A DNA stretch of 64,000 nucleotides from positions 11,017 to 75,016 of the forward strand of contig JAOABA010000015.1 of assembly GCA_026418625.1 (NCBI GenBank). Reading direction: 5' to 3'. The DNA comes from Candidatus Kapaibacterium sp. Its GTDB lineage: Bacteria > Bacteroidota > Ignavibacteria > Kapaibacteriales > UBA2268. How positions within the stretch are numbered: the first letter of the stretch is position 1; each line of letters begins with the position of its first letter. Under the pieces are notes generated by a model. The model searched no databases, was not told the DNA's origin, and saw only the letters and a program-made list of their open reading frames with translations. The translations under genes and the position numbers were made by a program. This document shows, in pieces, positions 51,301-59,824 of the stretch.

Positions 51301-51338
51301 CATTTACCGAATCTGGTAAAGTTATTTTAAATAAGTAA
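48303..51338 (+). CDS. Large T9SS-secreted protein: parallel beta-helix regions, LamG-like domain, CTD
   Basis: AAGGAG RBS then an MKKQISHLLL signal peptide. YYVDG..GND.NDG...AFATIQ.AI beta-helix start, a second IQNAIDAA start, LVLWLDA...GEVLLYN LamG-like domain and a CTD (AYPNPFS...SGLYVYRI). Confidence 0.85.
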   Translation: MKKQISHLLLLLTVFLVSAGSIFATTYYVDGTTGNDANDGLTPATAFATIQYAINTASNGDVIQVAAATYNEDLTVNKQLQIIGANKSTTIIDGANPTTIVVDITSSNVVIKNFTIQNIIRTTGGVNKNLIKIAPGLSYITIENNLIGPNSNSSFSIDYNISQADNIYIDASTAVSHITIKDNEIFSAYGNGSGIMIYAPYNSGVGGASHFTIDANLVYDNARNGVEIQGEFNSSCITENKIYGNAYIRSPYNITGTRYGNGLVMMQVNGHSGATNGFYDVCIDLNSFFYNYHSGFYIYGKMNNIDFVNNDSWGNTDGAVFNVDANQWVHPFRPLSSTTDDNLTDVVAKDNLFYANARFGMYNTSSYVINAERCYWEEPPHYILGGQNSNRAGHTYSWGPQVARGSFTDDGSPFDGTWLDGGRDYFLPNDATPNNFGADESDVDAYTSTIWGKIDFSPYVTDMNSASTWASLTLRNITVDNANVSMPNPPYSLGIHNEFDNIQNAIDAAQEGDIIEVVDNGTGFDYAENIVIDKGLTIKAKNGSPVLKPSSGVNITSTTASNSAVIGLKIVRNTSPTTNMFGVATNTGNVQTCGSTYWNGATQLFTYSSIDPFVEDGDNNAPVGNNNSTNDNNTLGIFIICTNPPQNNLVLWLDATQMGYSLSDGQQLALAPPASFAWEDQAGNNDRAMQGNNNMRPTYNTNIINSLPAVRFTKTSSPFTSKYLWIDYNSSSNRPNALTDKMLFVLFKTPSSITGTDPQMVFELGGVTSGMNAYILPGTPPKIGLGIWRTTTPIQRRYFEFNAATNTVYLARAYYDGTNFQAFLNGSSSSTISFAGLTADAFSSRTGVGAAVNGTRYSWGSFNMTQGHHFDGYLGEVLLYNDYDATDWSDAKNYLGAKWGLSGYFFFPRNDGWELISEDSDLSGDVQLIPAYPNPFSTSTSFDFAVAETQNVTVELYDALGQKVGTLFSGVVNKNEVNTINIDGTNLSSGLYVYRILGETFTESGKVILNK

Positions 51339-51389
51339 ATTAGTTTTAATTATATTTTATTTGTTTTATTATTTTTTAGGAGTCTTTAT

Positions 51390-51968
51390 ATGAAAAAATT
51401 ATTTGCAATCGCAGCACTTGTTTTTGCTTTCGCTTTCGCGTTCAATAACGCTTCCGCACAATCTTTTGGTATAGATGAGGGAACAAACTGGTTCGAAGTA
51501 TATGTTTATCAGCCAATCATTGTTACCCCACTTGATATGGATCCAAATCCCGGTATCACCAGCAGAATTTTAGGAGCAATCGCACCTGGAACAACAAAAA
51601 CTTATACCTCTCCAAGTTTAGTTGACATTCAGTTTTCTGTTGAGGGTGGCGTCGGTGCTGACTATAAAGTTGATGTTGATGTTGTTCATCAGATTTCTAC
51701 AAGTGGAAATCCACCACTTGATAACTTAACTCTCAATGGTTTAACCTGGCAAGTTGATTACGATGTTGTAGCCCCCGGATATTTTTCAACTGTCGATGGC
51801 CTAGATCCCGGTTCAACAAATGGTGACTATACAGGGTGGGGACCTCATACATTTACTGGAGCAGGTAGAGATATTTTTAGGGTTTTCCCAACTTCATTGA
51901 CAGCTGGTCCTTTAGCAGCAATGGGATATCATAGCTTTGCTGTAACTTTGACTGCTTATTATATCTAA
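51390..51968 (+). CDS. Secreted beta-rich protein, pilin/DUF4402-like
   Basis: AGGAG RBS, Sec signal (MKKLFAIAAL...ASAQ) and a C-terminal G.H...VTLTAYY strand. Confidence 0.55.
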   Translation: MKKLFAIAALVFAFAFAFNNASAQSFGIDEGTNWFEVYVYQPIIVTPLDMDPNPGITSRILGAIAPGTTKTYTSPSLVDIQFSVEGGVGADYKVDVDVVHQISTSGNPPLDNLTLNGLTWQVDYDVVAPGYFSTVDGLDPGSTNGDYTGWGPHTFTGAGRDIFRVFPTSLTAGPLAAMGYHSFAVTLTAYYI

Positions 51969-51987
51969 ACTTTAGAAAAAAATTCAC

Positions 51988-52026
51988 AAACCCTATGGGC
52001 TTAATCCATAGGGTTTTTTTATTTTT
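51988..52026 (+). terminator. Rho-independent terminator
   Basis: Perfect AAACCCTATGG-N7-CCATAGGGTTT stem followed by a T-tract. Confidence 0.85.
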
Positions 52027-52035
52027 AACCCAAAC

Positions 52036-52865
52036 TTTTCTAAAAAATTGGGATGAGATATTTGAAGATATTTTTTTCTTGCTCATTCCTACAAATGAAG
52101 TATAGAAAAATCCATTAAGATTTGAAATAGGTGTTTTTCATTCAAAAAATGTTCATTGAAAAATGTAAGCAAAAAAAATCTCTGCGAACTCTGCGTTTTA
52201 CTTTGCGAACTCTGCGAGGAATAAAAAGAATTTCACGCAAAGTACGCAGGGGATTCAAAGAGAACGCAGAGTTTTAAATATAATTATTCTAAAAAATTGG
52301 AAAGAGATATTTGAAGTAATTATTTTTTTTTGTCAACCTGACAAACGTAGCTTGGAAGGTGCCATTATAATTTGAAATAAGTGTTTCTTAATCAAAAAAT
52401 GTTCATTGAAAAATGTAAGCAAAAAATCTCTAGGAACTTTGCGGGTGACTTAGCGAACTCTACGAGAAAAAAAAAAGAGTTTCACGCAGAGAACGCAGAG
52501 GATTCAAAGAGAACGCAAAGTTTTAAATATAATTATTCTAAAAAATTTAGAAAGAGATATTTGAAGTGATTATTTTTATTGGTTATTCTTACAAACGTAG
52601 CTTGGAAGGTGCCATTATGATTTGAAATATATGTTTTACTTTTAAAAATGTTCATTGAAAAATGTAAGCAAAAAAAATCTCTGCGATCTTTGCGGGTGAC
52701 TTTGCGAACTCTGCGAGAAATAAAAAGAATTACACGCAAAGGTCGCAGAGGATTCAAAGAGAACGCAAAGTTTTAAAATTAATTATTCTAAAGAATGGAA
52801 AGAAATATTTTAAGCAATTATATTTCTCGGTCATTCTGACAAACGAAGTTTGGAAGAATCCATTA
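52036..52865. repeat. Second tandem array of the ~250 bp composite repeat, inverted relative to 1985..2793
   Basis: The anchor GTTCATTGAAAAATGTAAGC occurs at 52151, 52401 and 52650 (periods 250 and 249). It is the reverse complement of GCTTACATTTTTCAATGAAC in array 1. Confidence 0.95.
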
Positions 52866-52955
52866 AGCAAAAAAATATCTTAAACCTTTGGTTTTGCCTA
52901 ACACTTTAGAATCTAAAATTTTTTGTGAAAAATTGTCTTACAAAATTTCTGGAGG

Positions 52956-53663
52956 TTATTTATACTCTCCATAACCTTTTCTGGTTGGGATTTTTGAAGA
53001 TAATATGGGGTGGTTTTCCCTAACAAACAGAAGTTCCCATCCATAGAAATAACCTTTTTCGGTTAAGAGTTCCTTCCGGAATTCATTAGCAATATAAATT
53101 AAATCCGCTTTTGTTAAATTTTCTTTATTATAATGCTCTAAATCATATTCACTTTCGAGCCACATCCAATCTTCAGCCCATTCTCTGACTTTGTAAGGCA
53201 CAAAGCCATTTCTTTTCATCAGTTCAATCATTGATTCTTTGGTAAAATCATTAATATGTCCCCCTCCGTCAGGATGAACCAAACGATAAAAACAATCAGT
53301 GAAATTCTCAGAGTCAGGTATGCCAATATGAAGAAAACCATCGGGCTTAAGAATATGCTTGATTGATAGTGTTAATTCATCAGTATTTTTTTTATGAGAG
53401 TAGATATTATCGGCAATAACTAAATCGTATTTTTCCTTTAATTCATCAATTTTGTAAAGTTTTGTAAAATCCTTTTTAAAGAAATTAAATTTAGAACTAT
53501 TTAAACTGAATCCTTCGTTTGGAATATTAAAATCATAGCCATCAATAATGCAATTTGCAGGTAAATGTCTAAACCACAATGGCTCATTAGTTCCACATTC
53601 TAAATAAGCAATTTTAAAACCTGTTTTTACTATTTGAGTGAATAATAAACTGTTCAGATGCAT
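52956..53663 (-). CDS. Class I SAM-dependent methyltransferase-like protein
   Basis: Degenerate motif I (YLECGT), YDLVIADNIYSH, LKPDGFLHIGIP and H...FT..S. Confidence 0.7.
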   Translation of the reverse strand: MHLNSLLFTQIVKTGFKIAYLECGTNEPLWFRHLPANCIIDGYDFNIPNEGFSLNSSKFNFFKKDFTKLYKIDELKEKYDLVIADNIYSHKKNTDELTLSIKHILKPDGFLHIGIPDSENFTDCFYRLVHPDGGGHINDFTKESMIELMKRNGFVPYKVREWAEDWMWLESEYDLEHYNKENLTKADLIYIANEFRKELLTEKGYFYGWELLFVRENHPILSSKIPTRKGYGEYK

Positions 53664-53692
53664 TATTTCATAGAAAGAGTGTTGGAATCAAT

Positions 53693-54706
53693 TTACTCAT
53701 TAAGATATTTTTCAAGCAAGTCAACTTCTTCAACGCTACCTGCATAAAATGGAACACGTTGATGAATAGATTCGGGTTTGATATCTAAAATTCTTCTACG
53801 TCCGTCAGTTGCTTTTCCTCCTGCTTGTTCAATTATCATAGCAAGGGGATTAGCTTCATATACTAATCTGATTTTCCCGTTTGGCATTTTCGTGTCAGGT
53901 GGATACATATATATTCCGCCATAATGTAATGTTCGATGTATATCTGCAACAGCAGTTGCAATATAACGCAAGGAATAGGAGTCCTTTCCATTACCAAAGG
54001 ATTTAAGATAATTGACAAAATTTTGAACTTTTTTGTCCCAACGATAATAATAACCTTCGTTGACACTATAATAACTACCTCTTTTGGGTATTTTTAAATT
54101 TTCGAATGTTAAAATGAATTCTCCTATTGTCGGGTCGTAAGTGAAGACATTCAAGCCGTTTCCGCTTGTATAAACAAAAATTGTGCTACTTCCAAAAAGA
54201 AAATACCCTGCAGCAACCTGATTAATCCCTTTTTGCAAAATATCATCGAGTGTTCCATCAGATTCCGAAAGTGGATCTAATCGTCTATAAATCGAAAATA
54301 CAGTTCCAATGGGTGCGTTAACATCAATATTAGTTGAGCCGTCCAATGGGTCGAAAACAAGAACATACTTCCCTTTTTTGAATTTTTCAGGAATTTTAAT
54401 CATTCCCTGAGATTCTTCGGAAGCCATCACACAGAAATGACCGCTATGATCCATAGCTCTATTGATAATACTATTGGCATATTCATCAAGCTTTCGAACT
54501 TTCTCACCGTGAACATTAGTGCTTTCCGTTAATCCAAGAATATCGTTAATACCGGCTCTGCGGACTTCCCAAGCAATTATTCTCATTGCAAGAGTCAAAT
54601 CACTTATTAGACTTGTAAATTTACCGGTTGCTTCGGGATAAAGGGCTTCCTCTCTTGCTATATGAGCATTAATTGTAACAAGCCCAGATATATTAATCAT
54701 TGCCAT
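53693..54706 (-). CDS. fbp: Fructose-1,6-bisphosphatase class 1
   Basis: KLD, ASEE, FDPLDGSTN, GTVFSIY, YSLRY, KIRLVYEANP. Confidence 0.96.
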   Translation of the reverse strand: MAMINISGLVTINAHIAREEALYPEATGKFTSLISDLTLAMRIIAWEVRRAGINDILGLTESTNVHGEKVRKLDEYANSIINRAMDHSGHFCVMASEESQGMIKIPEKFKKGKYVLVFDPLDGSTNIDVNAPIGTVFSIYRRLDPLSESDGTLDDILQKGINQVAAGYFLFGSSTIFVYTSGNGLNVFTYDPTIGEFILTFENLKIPKRGSYYSVNEGYYYRWDKKVQNFVNYLKSFGNGKDSYSLRYIATAVADIHRTLHYGGIYMYPPDTKMPNGKIRLVYEANPLAMIIEQAGGKATDGRRRILDIKPESIHQRVPFYAGSVEEVDLLEKYLNE

Positions 54707-54711
54707 TTTGT

Positions 54712-55935
54712 TTAATCCCTTCTATATGGTTTGAACCATATTTCACCTATACTGACATCAATGTTCAATCTCCCAAAAATTTCTTTGAGCAATCCATTTT
54801 CAGTTGTTCCTCTGCTCCCAAAAGTTATTGCACTGTTTAGTATAGCAGTTCCTACTATTGGTATTTCAAAACCGAATGAACCGTAAATTTCATTGATGTC
54901 TTTTGTTGATATATTGTAATATAATTGATTATAACCAAAGCCGATGTTATAAGTTATCCTGTCAGCTAATTCAGCTGATGATGATTTTGTTCCTAATCTT
55001 TTAATTCCAAAAGAGATAGATGAATAATTCTTGAACTTTACTGCGGGTCCACCCTTATAATCAAAATTGGAAAAATCCTGCTGAATATAGTCAAATCCAA
55101 CTAAAATTTTACCGGTCGTGTAAGACAATCCTAAGCCAAATCTTGAAGGTAAATTTGTAGATAAATTCAGCGAACTCGATGAATCGCTTACTAATTGGGA
55201 GTAGTAAGACATCTTTCGTTGGTAATCAAGGTTTGGATTAGATTCATAAAACAAACCAATGCCTGTATTGTTGATTGGCTTTAAATAAATTCCTGCTTTA
55301 TATCCAACCCCTGAAAAATAATCTTCGAAAAGCGTTTCGGAGGAATAACCATAATAATCATAAAAAATTGTCCTGATAGAATTACTTATCTTTCCAAAAG
55401 CTGCTAAACCCATAACGCCTATTGATGCAAAATCAGTAAGCTTTATTGAGGCTCCCAGAAAAGCTTGGGAAAGCCCACCGCTACCACTATAATAATTTTG
55501 CCCTCTGAGTTCGAGACCGTCTATATTTTTGAAAACAGGTGTTGAAATTAAATAATTTACTGAGCTATAAGGCAGAACTCCGAATGTTGCAGATATTCCC
55601 AAAGAAGTATCAATGGAGAATAAAGCTTTAACCCCATCAATTTTTCCATTGTTCTGATATAAGGAAAAGTTTTGGCTTTCGATATAATTTTGATTGAATC
55701 TATAACCTGCACTCAACCGTGTATGAGTGACGAAGCTCCAGAGAGCCGGATTATTTGTATTTATGGTATAGTCCGAAGGAATTGCTATCGAAGTTCCGGC
55801 TATACCATCATAGGCAGCTCCTATGGATTTGATTTGATCCCCTATGCCAAATATGGAATAATTTGAGCCACCCTGTGAGAATGCGTTACTTATTAAAAAA
55901 CCAATAAATACTAATATTTGAACAATCTTTTTCAT
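54712..55935 (-). CDS. Outer-membrane beta-barrel protein (FadL/PorV-like superfamily)
   Basis: Signal peptide, S.YSIFGIGD, NNPA, amphipathic strands and a C-terminal E.WF. Confidence 0.75.
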   Translation of the reverse strand: MKKIVQILVFIGFLISNAFSQGGSNYSIFGIGDQIKSIGAAYDGIAGTSIAIPSDYTINTNNPALWSFVTHTRLSAGYRFNQNYIESQNFSLYQNNGKIDGVKALFSIDTSLGISATFGVLPYSSVNYLISTPVFKNIDGLELRGQNYYSGSGGLSQAFLGASIKLTDFASIGVMGLAAFGKISNSIRTIFYDYYGYSSETLFEDYFSGVGYKAGIYLKPINNTGIGLFYESNPNLDYQRKMSYYSQLVSDSSSSLNLSTNLPSRFGLGLSYTTGKILVGFDYIQQDFSNFDYKGGPAVKFKNYSSISFGIKRLGTKSSSAELADRITYNIGFGYNQLYYNISTKDINEIYGSFGFEIPIVGTAILNSAITFGSRGTTENGLLKEIFGRLNIDVSIGEIWFKPYRRD

Positions 55936-55938
55936 TCT

Positions 55939-57153
55939 TTATTTCTTTAATTGAGGTCTGATTGAGTAAATTACCCTGATTTTAGGAACGAGGTTGCTAT
56001 CTTGGTCGTTAATATTATAAAAGGTGTATCTATCTAGCTTTCTATATGCATTAAGTCCATCAAGGGAAATTACAATTTCACCACTTCCGCTTCCACGAAC
56101 CCACGATTCAATCAATTGAGCCAAAGCCGGAAATAAATATCTGTTAGAATTCTGAAACCTAAAGCCATAAATCGAACGATATGGCATCGAGTCAATTTTT
56201 CTGTCTCTATAATCCCCTGCAAATAAAATTGAATCAATATAAGCATTCCCAAATCTTGATTTACCTCGATTTAACCATAATTCTAATTCAGCCTTATGAA
56301 CAGAAGAATTTTTTGGTATTATACTAAAATCGAATTTTAATTTTGGATAATAAATTATCCCCCCTTGGAATGTTAAAGAATTCGGATCCGGTCTATCCCC
56401 ATCAATATATGATGATTCAATATTCGATAAATAAGCAATAGAATCTGTTTTGCCTGAACCATTACTGAAATAAATTCTTAAAACTGGTCGAAGTCGTGTT
56501 TCTGTAACCATCTGGCTCGAAAACAAATTGATGATGCTTGAATTATCGTCGGGAATCAAAGCCAGCCCCCAAGGATCAACTGTATCAGGTTTGAAATTTA
56601 ACCAATCACTTATTACTGAAGGATCAAGCTTTATTCTGATATCTGGCATCGTGTCTCGTAGCTTCAATCTTTGATTATAAGTCCCAAGTATTTTAGCATC
56701 AAAGTAAGCGGTGTTACCAGCTGCATCAAATATGCTATCCCAAGTTGTCTTATTCGACCAGAATTGAGTTACGGCTTTAATTTTAAATGAAAAATTACCA
56801 TTTATTGTATCGCCGAAAGCATATCTTAGAGGAAATAAAGTCAATGAAACGGAATCAATCCGATAATTTTTTAAGGAGTCAGCCGGTCTGGAAAATCTTA
56901 GGAAAGTGATTGCTTTTAAACTGTCGGATTTCCCGACAAAAATAGCTCCAATATTAAAAAGTGACTCCCGATTAAGAATTGTTTCTCCGTTAGTAATCAG
57001 ATTTTGCTCGGTTGAAGTAGTGCCAACAACGGTTATTGTATCGTAGAGCAAAGTAAAGCCTAAATCGGTAGGCTTTTCATTACAAGAATTACAAATAAAA
57101 AGTAAAAAAGAAAAGATACTGAAAAAGCCAAAAATTTTTATTTTTCTTAACAT
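55939..57153 (-). CDS. Lipoprotein, DUF4270-like
   Basis: Lipobox NSC followed by EKPTDLG, beta-rich body. Position after a glgA-like gene resembles the Bacteroidota arrangement. Confidence 0.6.
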   Translation of the reverse strand: MLRKIKIFGFFSIFSFLLFICNSCNEKPTDLGFTLLYDTITVVGTTSTEQNLITNGETILNRESLFNIGAIFVGKSDSLKAITFLRFSRPADSLKNYRIDSVSLTLFPLRYAFGDTINGNFSFKIKAVTQFWSNKTTWDSIFDAAGNTAYFDAKILGTYNQRLKLRDTMPDIRIKLDPSVISDWLNFKPDTVDPWGLALIPDDNSSIINLFSSQMVTETRLRPVLRIYFSNGSGKTDSIAYLSNIESSYIDGDRPDPNSLTFQGGIIYYPKLKFDFSIIPKNSSVHKAELELWLNRGKSRFGNAYIDSILFAGDYRDRKIDSMPYRSIYGFRFQNSNRYLFPALAQLIESWVRGSGSGEIVISLDGLNAYRKLDRYTFYNINDQDSNLVPKIRVIYSIRPQLKK

Positions 57154-57204
57154 CCAAATAATTATTTATCAAGTTTATGTAGTCAGTATAACGGTTAAGC
57201 TTAA

Positions 57205-58677
57205 TCAATCTTTTAGAATAGTTCTATAAATTTCATCATACTTTTTCAAGGACTGAGTCCAAGAGGTGTCAATCTGCATTATACGAAGTGCTAAGTCTTC
57301 CCATTCAGTTCTAATTTTAAAAACCTCAAGAGCTGATGCCAAGCTTTTAAACAAACTATCTGGCTTAAAGTCATTAAAGAGAAAGCCGCTGCCATTTGAT
57401 TTGTCAGACAGATAATCTTTAATGAATTCGAGGTTTGCACCGGTTGCTCTTGCTACAGGAACTGTCCCATAAGATAAGGAGGTCAAAGCTTTCCATCCAT
57501 TAGATTCGTATTTTGAAGGAATTAAAAAGATGTCAGAACCAGCAAAGATTTGGTGCAAGGTGGCATTATCCAAGCCAATTTTCAATGCAAATTTTGTTGG
57601 ATAATCTTTAGCAACTTTTTTTAATTTATTTTTTATTTCATTATCCCCATCAGCAATCATAACAATTTTCAGATCCTGACTTAATATTTTAGGAATTGCT
57701 TCAAGGAAAATAGAAATCCCACTACTTTCAGTTAAATTACTGACCATACCAATGAGCGGTTCATCACCATATTCCAATCCGAATTTGTTTAATAACTCTT
57801 TTTTATTTGTAACTTTATAACTAAAAAAGTCAGTCTCAAATTTTTGTTTGATATCGTTATCGTGATTGGGTTTCCAAACCCATTGATCAACACCAATATT
57901 CAAACCTAAAGCCTTGCTTTCTTTCTCCATTAAGTTTTTGTTCAAACTATTGCTGTATGTTGAACTTTGCAGAATTTCCTGTAAATATGCCGGGCTATGA
58001 GTTGTTATAAAATCAGCATATTCAATTCCACCCTTGAGGAAGTTAAATTTATTTTTATGAAGAAACTTTGATTTAACATCAGCTGGTAAAAGTGTTTTAT
58101 CGAAAGTATTTTCAGGGAAAACACCCTGATCCTGAAAATTATTAATACTTAATAAAATTTTAGTCCTTTTGAATTTATTTGGAAATAAAACTTTTGCATA
58201 AGCGGCTATCAAGCTCGTTTGCCAGTCATTGCAATGAATTATATCAGGAAACCAACCAAGAATTAAGCAGGTTTCTATCACACTTCTGCAAAAGAAAATG
58301 AATCTTTCGTCATTTTCTGCGATTGGTTTTCCGGTTTTTGGGTCATCGAATACTGCTTTTAATTGATCATAATAACAAAGATTGCAGGTAATATAAGCTT
58401 GAACTTTAGCTCGAGGGTTATTAATTGAGCTTGATTTAACAGTAGCAAGTTCAACCTTGTTGCCAATAGGTATTGGCATATCTCTCAATCTATTAATTTC
58501 GTGTATTCTGTTTTTTCTCTCTGATATTACCCCATATTTTGGGAACATTACCCTAACGTCATTACCAAATTCCCGCATTGCAAGGGTGTAGGAATGTGAT
58601 ATATCACCAAGTTCACCAACTCTGATAAAAGGAAAGACTTCACTCGTTACAAACAAAATACTTAAACTTTTTGCCAT
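57205..58677 (-). CDS. Glycogen/starch synthase (GT5) homologue with degenerate catalytic motifs
   Basis: ILFVTSEVFPF, PDIIHCNDWQT, GSDIFLIPS and YGTVPVARATG give the GT5 fold. KTGGL is replaced by RVGEL. Confidence 0.8.
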   Translation of the reverse strand: MAKSLSILFVTSEVFPFIRVGELGDISHSYTLAMREFGNDVRVMFPKYGVISERKNRIHEINRLRDMPIPIGNKVELATVKSSSINNPRAKVQAYITCNLCYYDQLKAVFDDPKTGKPIAENDERFIFFCRSVIETCLILGWFPDIIHCNDWQTSLIAAYAKVLFPNKFKRTKILLSINNFQDQGVFPENTFDKTLLPADVKSKFLHKNKFNFLKGGIEYADFITTHSPAYLQEILQSSTYSNSLNKNLMEKESKALGLNIGVDQWVWKPNHDNDIKQKFETDFFSYKVTNKKELLNKFGLEYGDEPLIGMVSNLTESSGISIFLEAIPKILSQDLKIVMIADGDNEIKNKLKKVAKDYPTKFALKIGLDNATLHQIFAGSDIFLIPSKYESNGWKALTSLSYGTVPVARATGANLEFIKDYLSDKSNGSGFLFNDFKPDSLFKSLASALEVFKIRTEWEDLALRIMQIDTSWTQSLKKYDEIYRTILKD

Positions 58678-58930
58678 TGTTTTTTATAGGAAATTTAAGA
58701 AATTGAATTTATTCAACTACAAAAATAATCAATTTTTCCTGATTTTTTTCATTTTGTTTTAATTAAGTCCTTAATAGATTTTGTTTATATGCTAATAATA
58801 ATTCTCAATCCAGCTTTTCTAAAGCATTTATATAATAAATATTTATTTAATTTCATTTTCTTCAATATTTATTCACTTTTTTTTATTGTATCACGTCAAT
58901 CATTTTGATGAAAAAAATAACGGAAAAAAA

Positions 58931-59755
58931 ATGGATGGCTATGCAGATTTACATCTTCATACTACATATTCTGATGGGGTTTTTACCCCAGAACAACTCC
59001 TGAAAAAAGTTTCTGAAGTTGGTATATCAGCTATTAGTATAACAGACCACGACTCAGTTGATGGTTATATTCAAGCACTAAAATATCTCGATAAATACAA
59101 CATCCAGCTTATTCCGGGCATTGAACTTAGTTGCATTGAAAATGGAAAGGAAATTCATTTATTAGGCTATAATATTGACCCAGATAATAAAATTCTTAAA
59201 AACCACCTTCAAGATTTTCGAAATGGCAGATATAAAAGAGCTGAACAAATTCTGCAAAAATTAAAAAACCTGCAAAGACCTGTGAATTTTTCTTTAGTCC
59301 TCGAAAAAGCCGGAGAAGCTCCAATAACACGTCCTCATATTGCTATGGCTATGACTGAATTGGGTTATACATCTAATCTTAAAGAAGCCTTTGTTCTTTA
59401 TCTCGGCGATGATAAACCTGCTTACGTTTCAAAAGCAAACTTTTCAATTGAACGTGGTATTAAACTGATTAACCAGTCTGGCGGTTTAGCTGTTTTGGCT
59501 CATCCCGCCCGAATGATACAGCCTGACACTTTGTATAAGCTAATAAAATCAGGTCTTGATGGCATTGAAATAATCCATCCCACTCACGATTTAGCCACTC
59601 AGAAATACTATCAATCTATAGCTTCCCAGTATTGGCTTCTTGAAACTGGCGGCTCGGATTTTCACGGAAATCGAGAATATGACGAAGAAAATCTTGGTAA
59701 ATTCATTGTTCCGCTCTCCACCGTTGAATCCATAAAAATTCACTCAGTAAGATAA
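58931..59755 (+). CDS. PHP-domain phosphoesterase (TrpH/YciV-like)
   Basis: DLHLHTTYSDG, ITDHD, GIELS, HLLGY, LAHP, GGSDFHG. Confidence 0.92.
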   Translation: MDGYADLHLHTTYSDGVFTPEQLLKKVSEVGISAISITDHDSVDGYIQALKYLDKYNIQLIPGIELSCIENGKEIHLLGYNIDPDNKILKNHLQDFRNGRYKRAEQILQKLKNLQRPVNFSLVLEKAGEAPITRPHIAMAMTELGYTSNLKEAFVLYLGDDKPAYVSKANFSIERGIKLINQSGGLAVLAHPARMIQPDTLYKLIKSGLDGIEIIHPTHDLATQKYYQSIASQYWLLETGGSDFHGNREYDEENLGKFIVPLSTVESIKIHSVR

Positions 59756-59824
59756 TCCTCTTCAAGTTTATCGGAAATATCCGATAATTAAACTATGTAT
59801 TTTTAGTTTAATTATGATGATCTT

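Noticed and set aside
52381-52757. ORFs 52381..52569 (+) and 52533..52757 (-)
   Set aside because: They lie wholly inside the repeat array, and indels between units break the frames. These are translations of the palindromic repeat.
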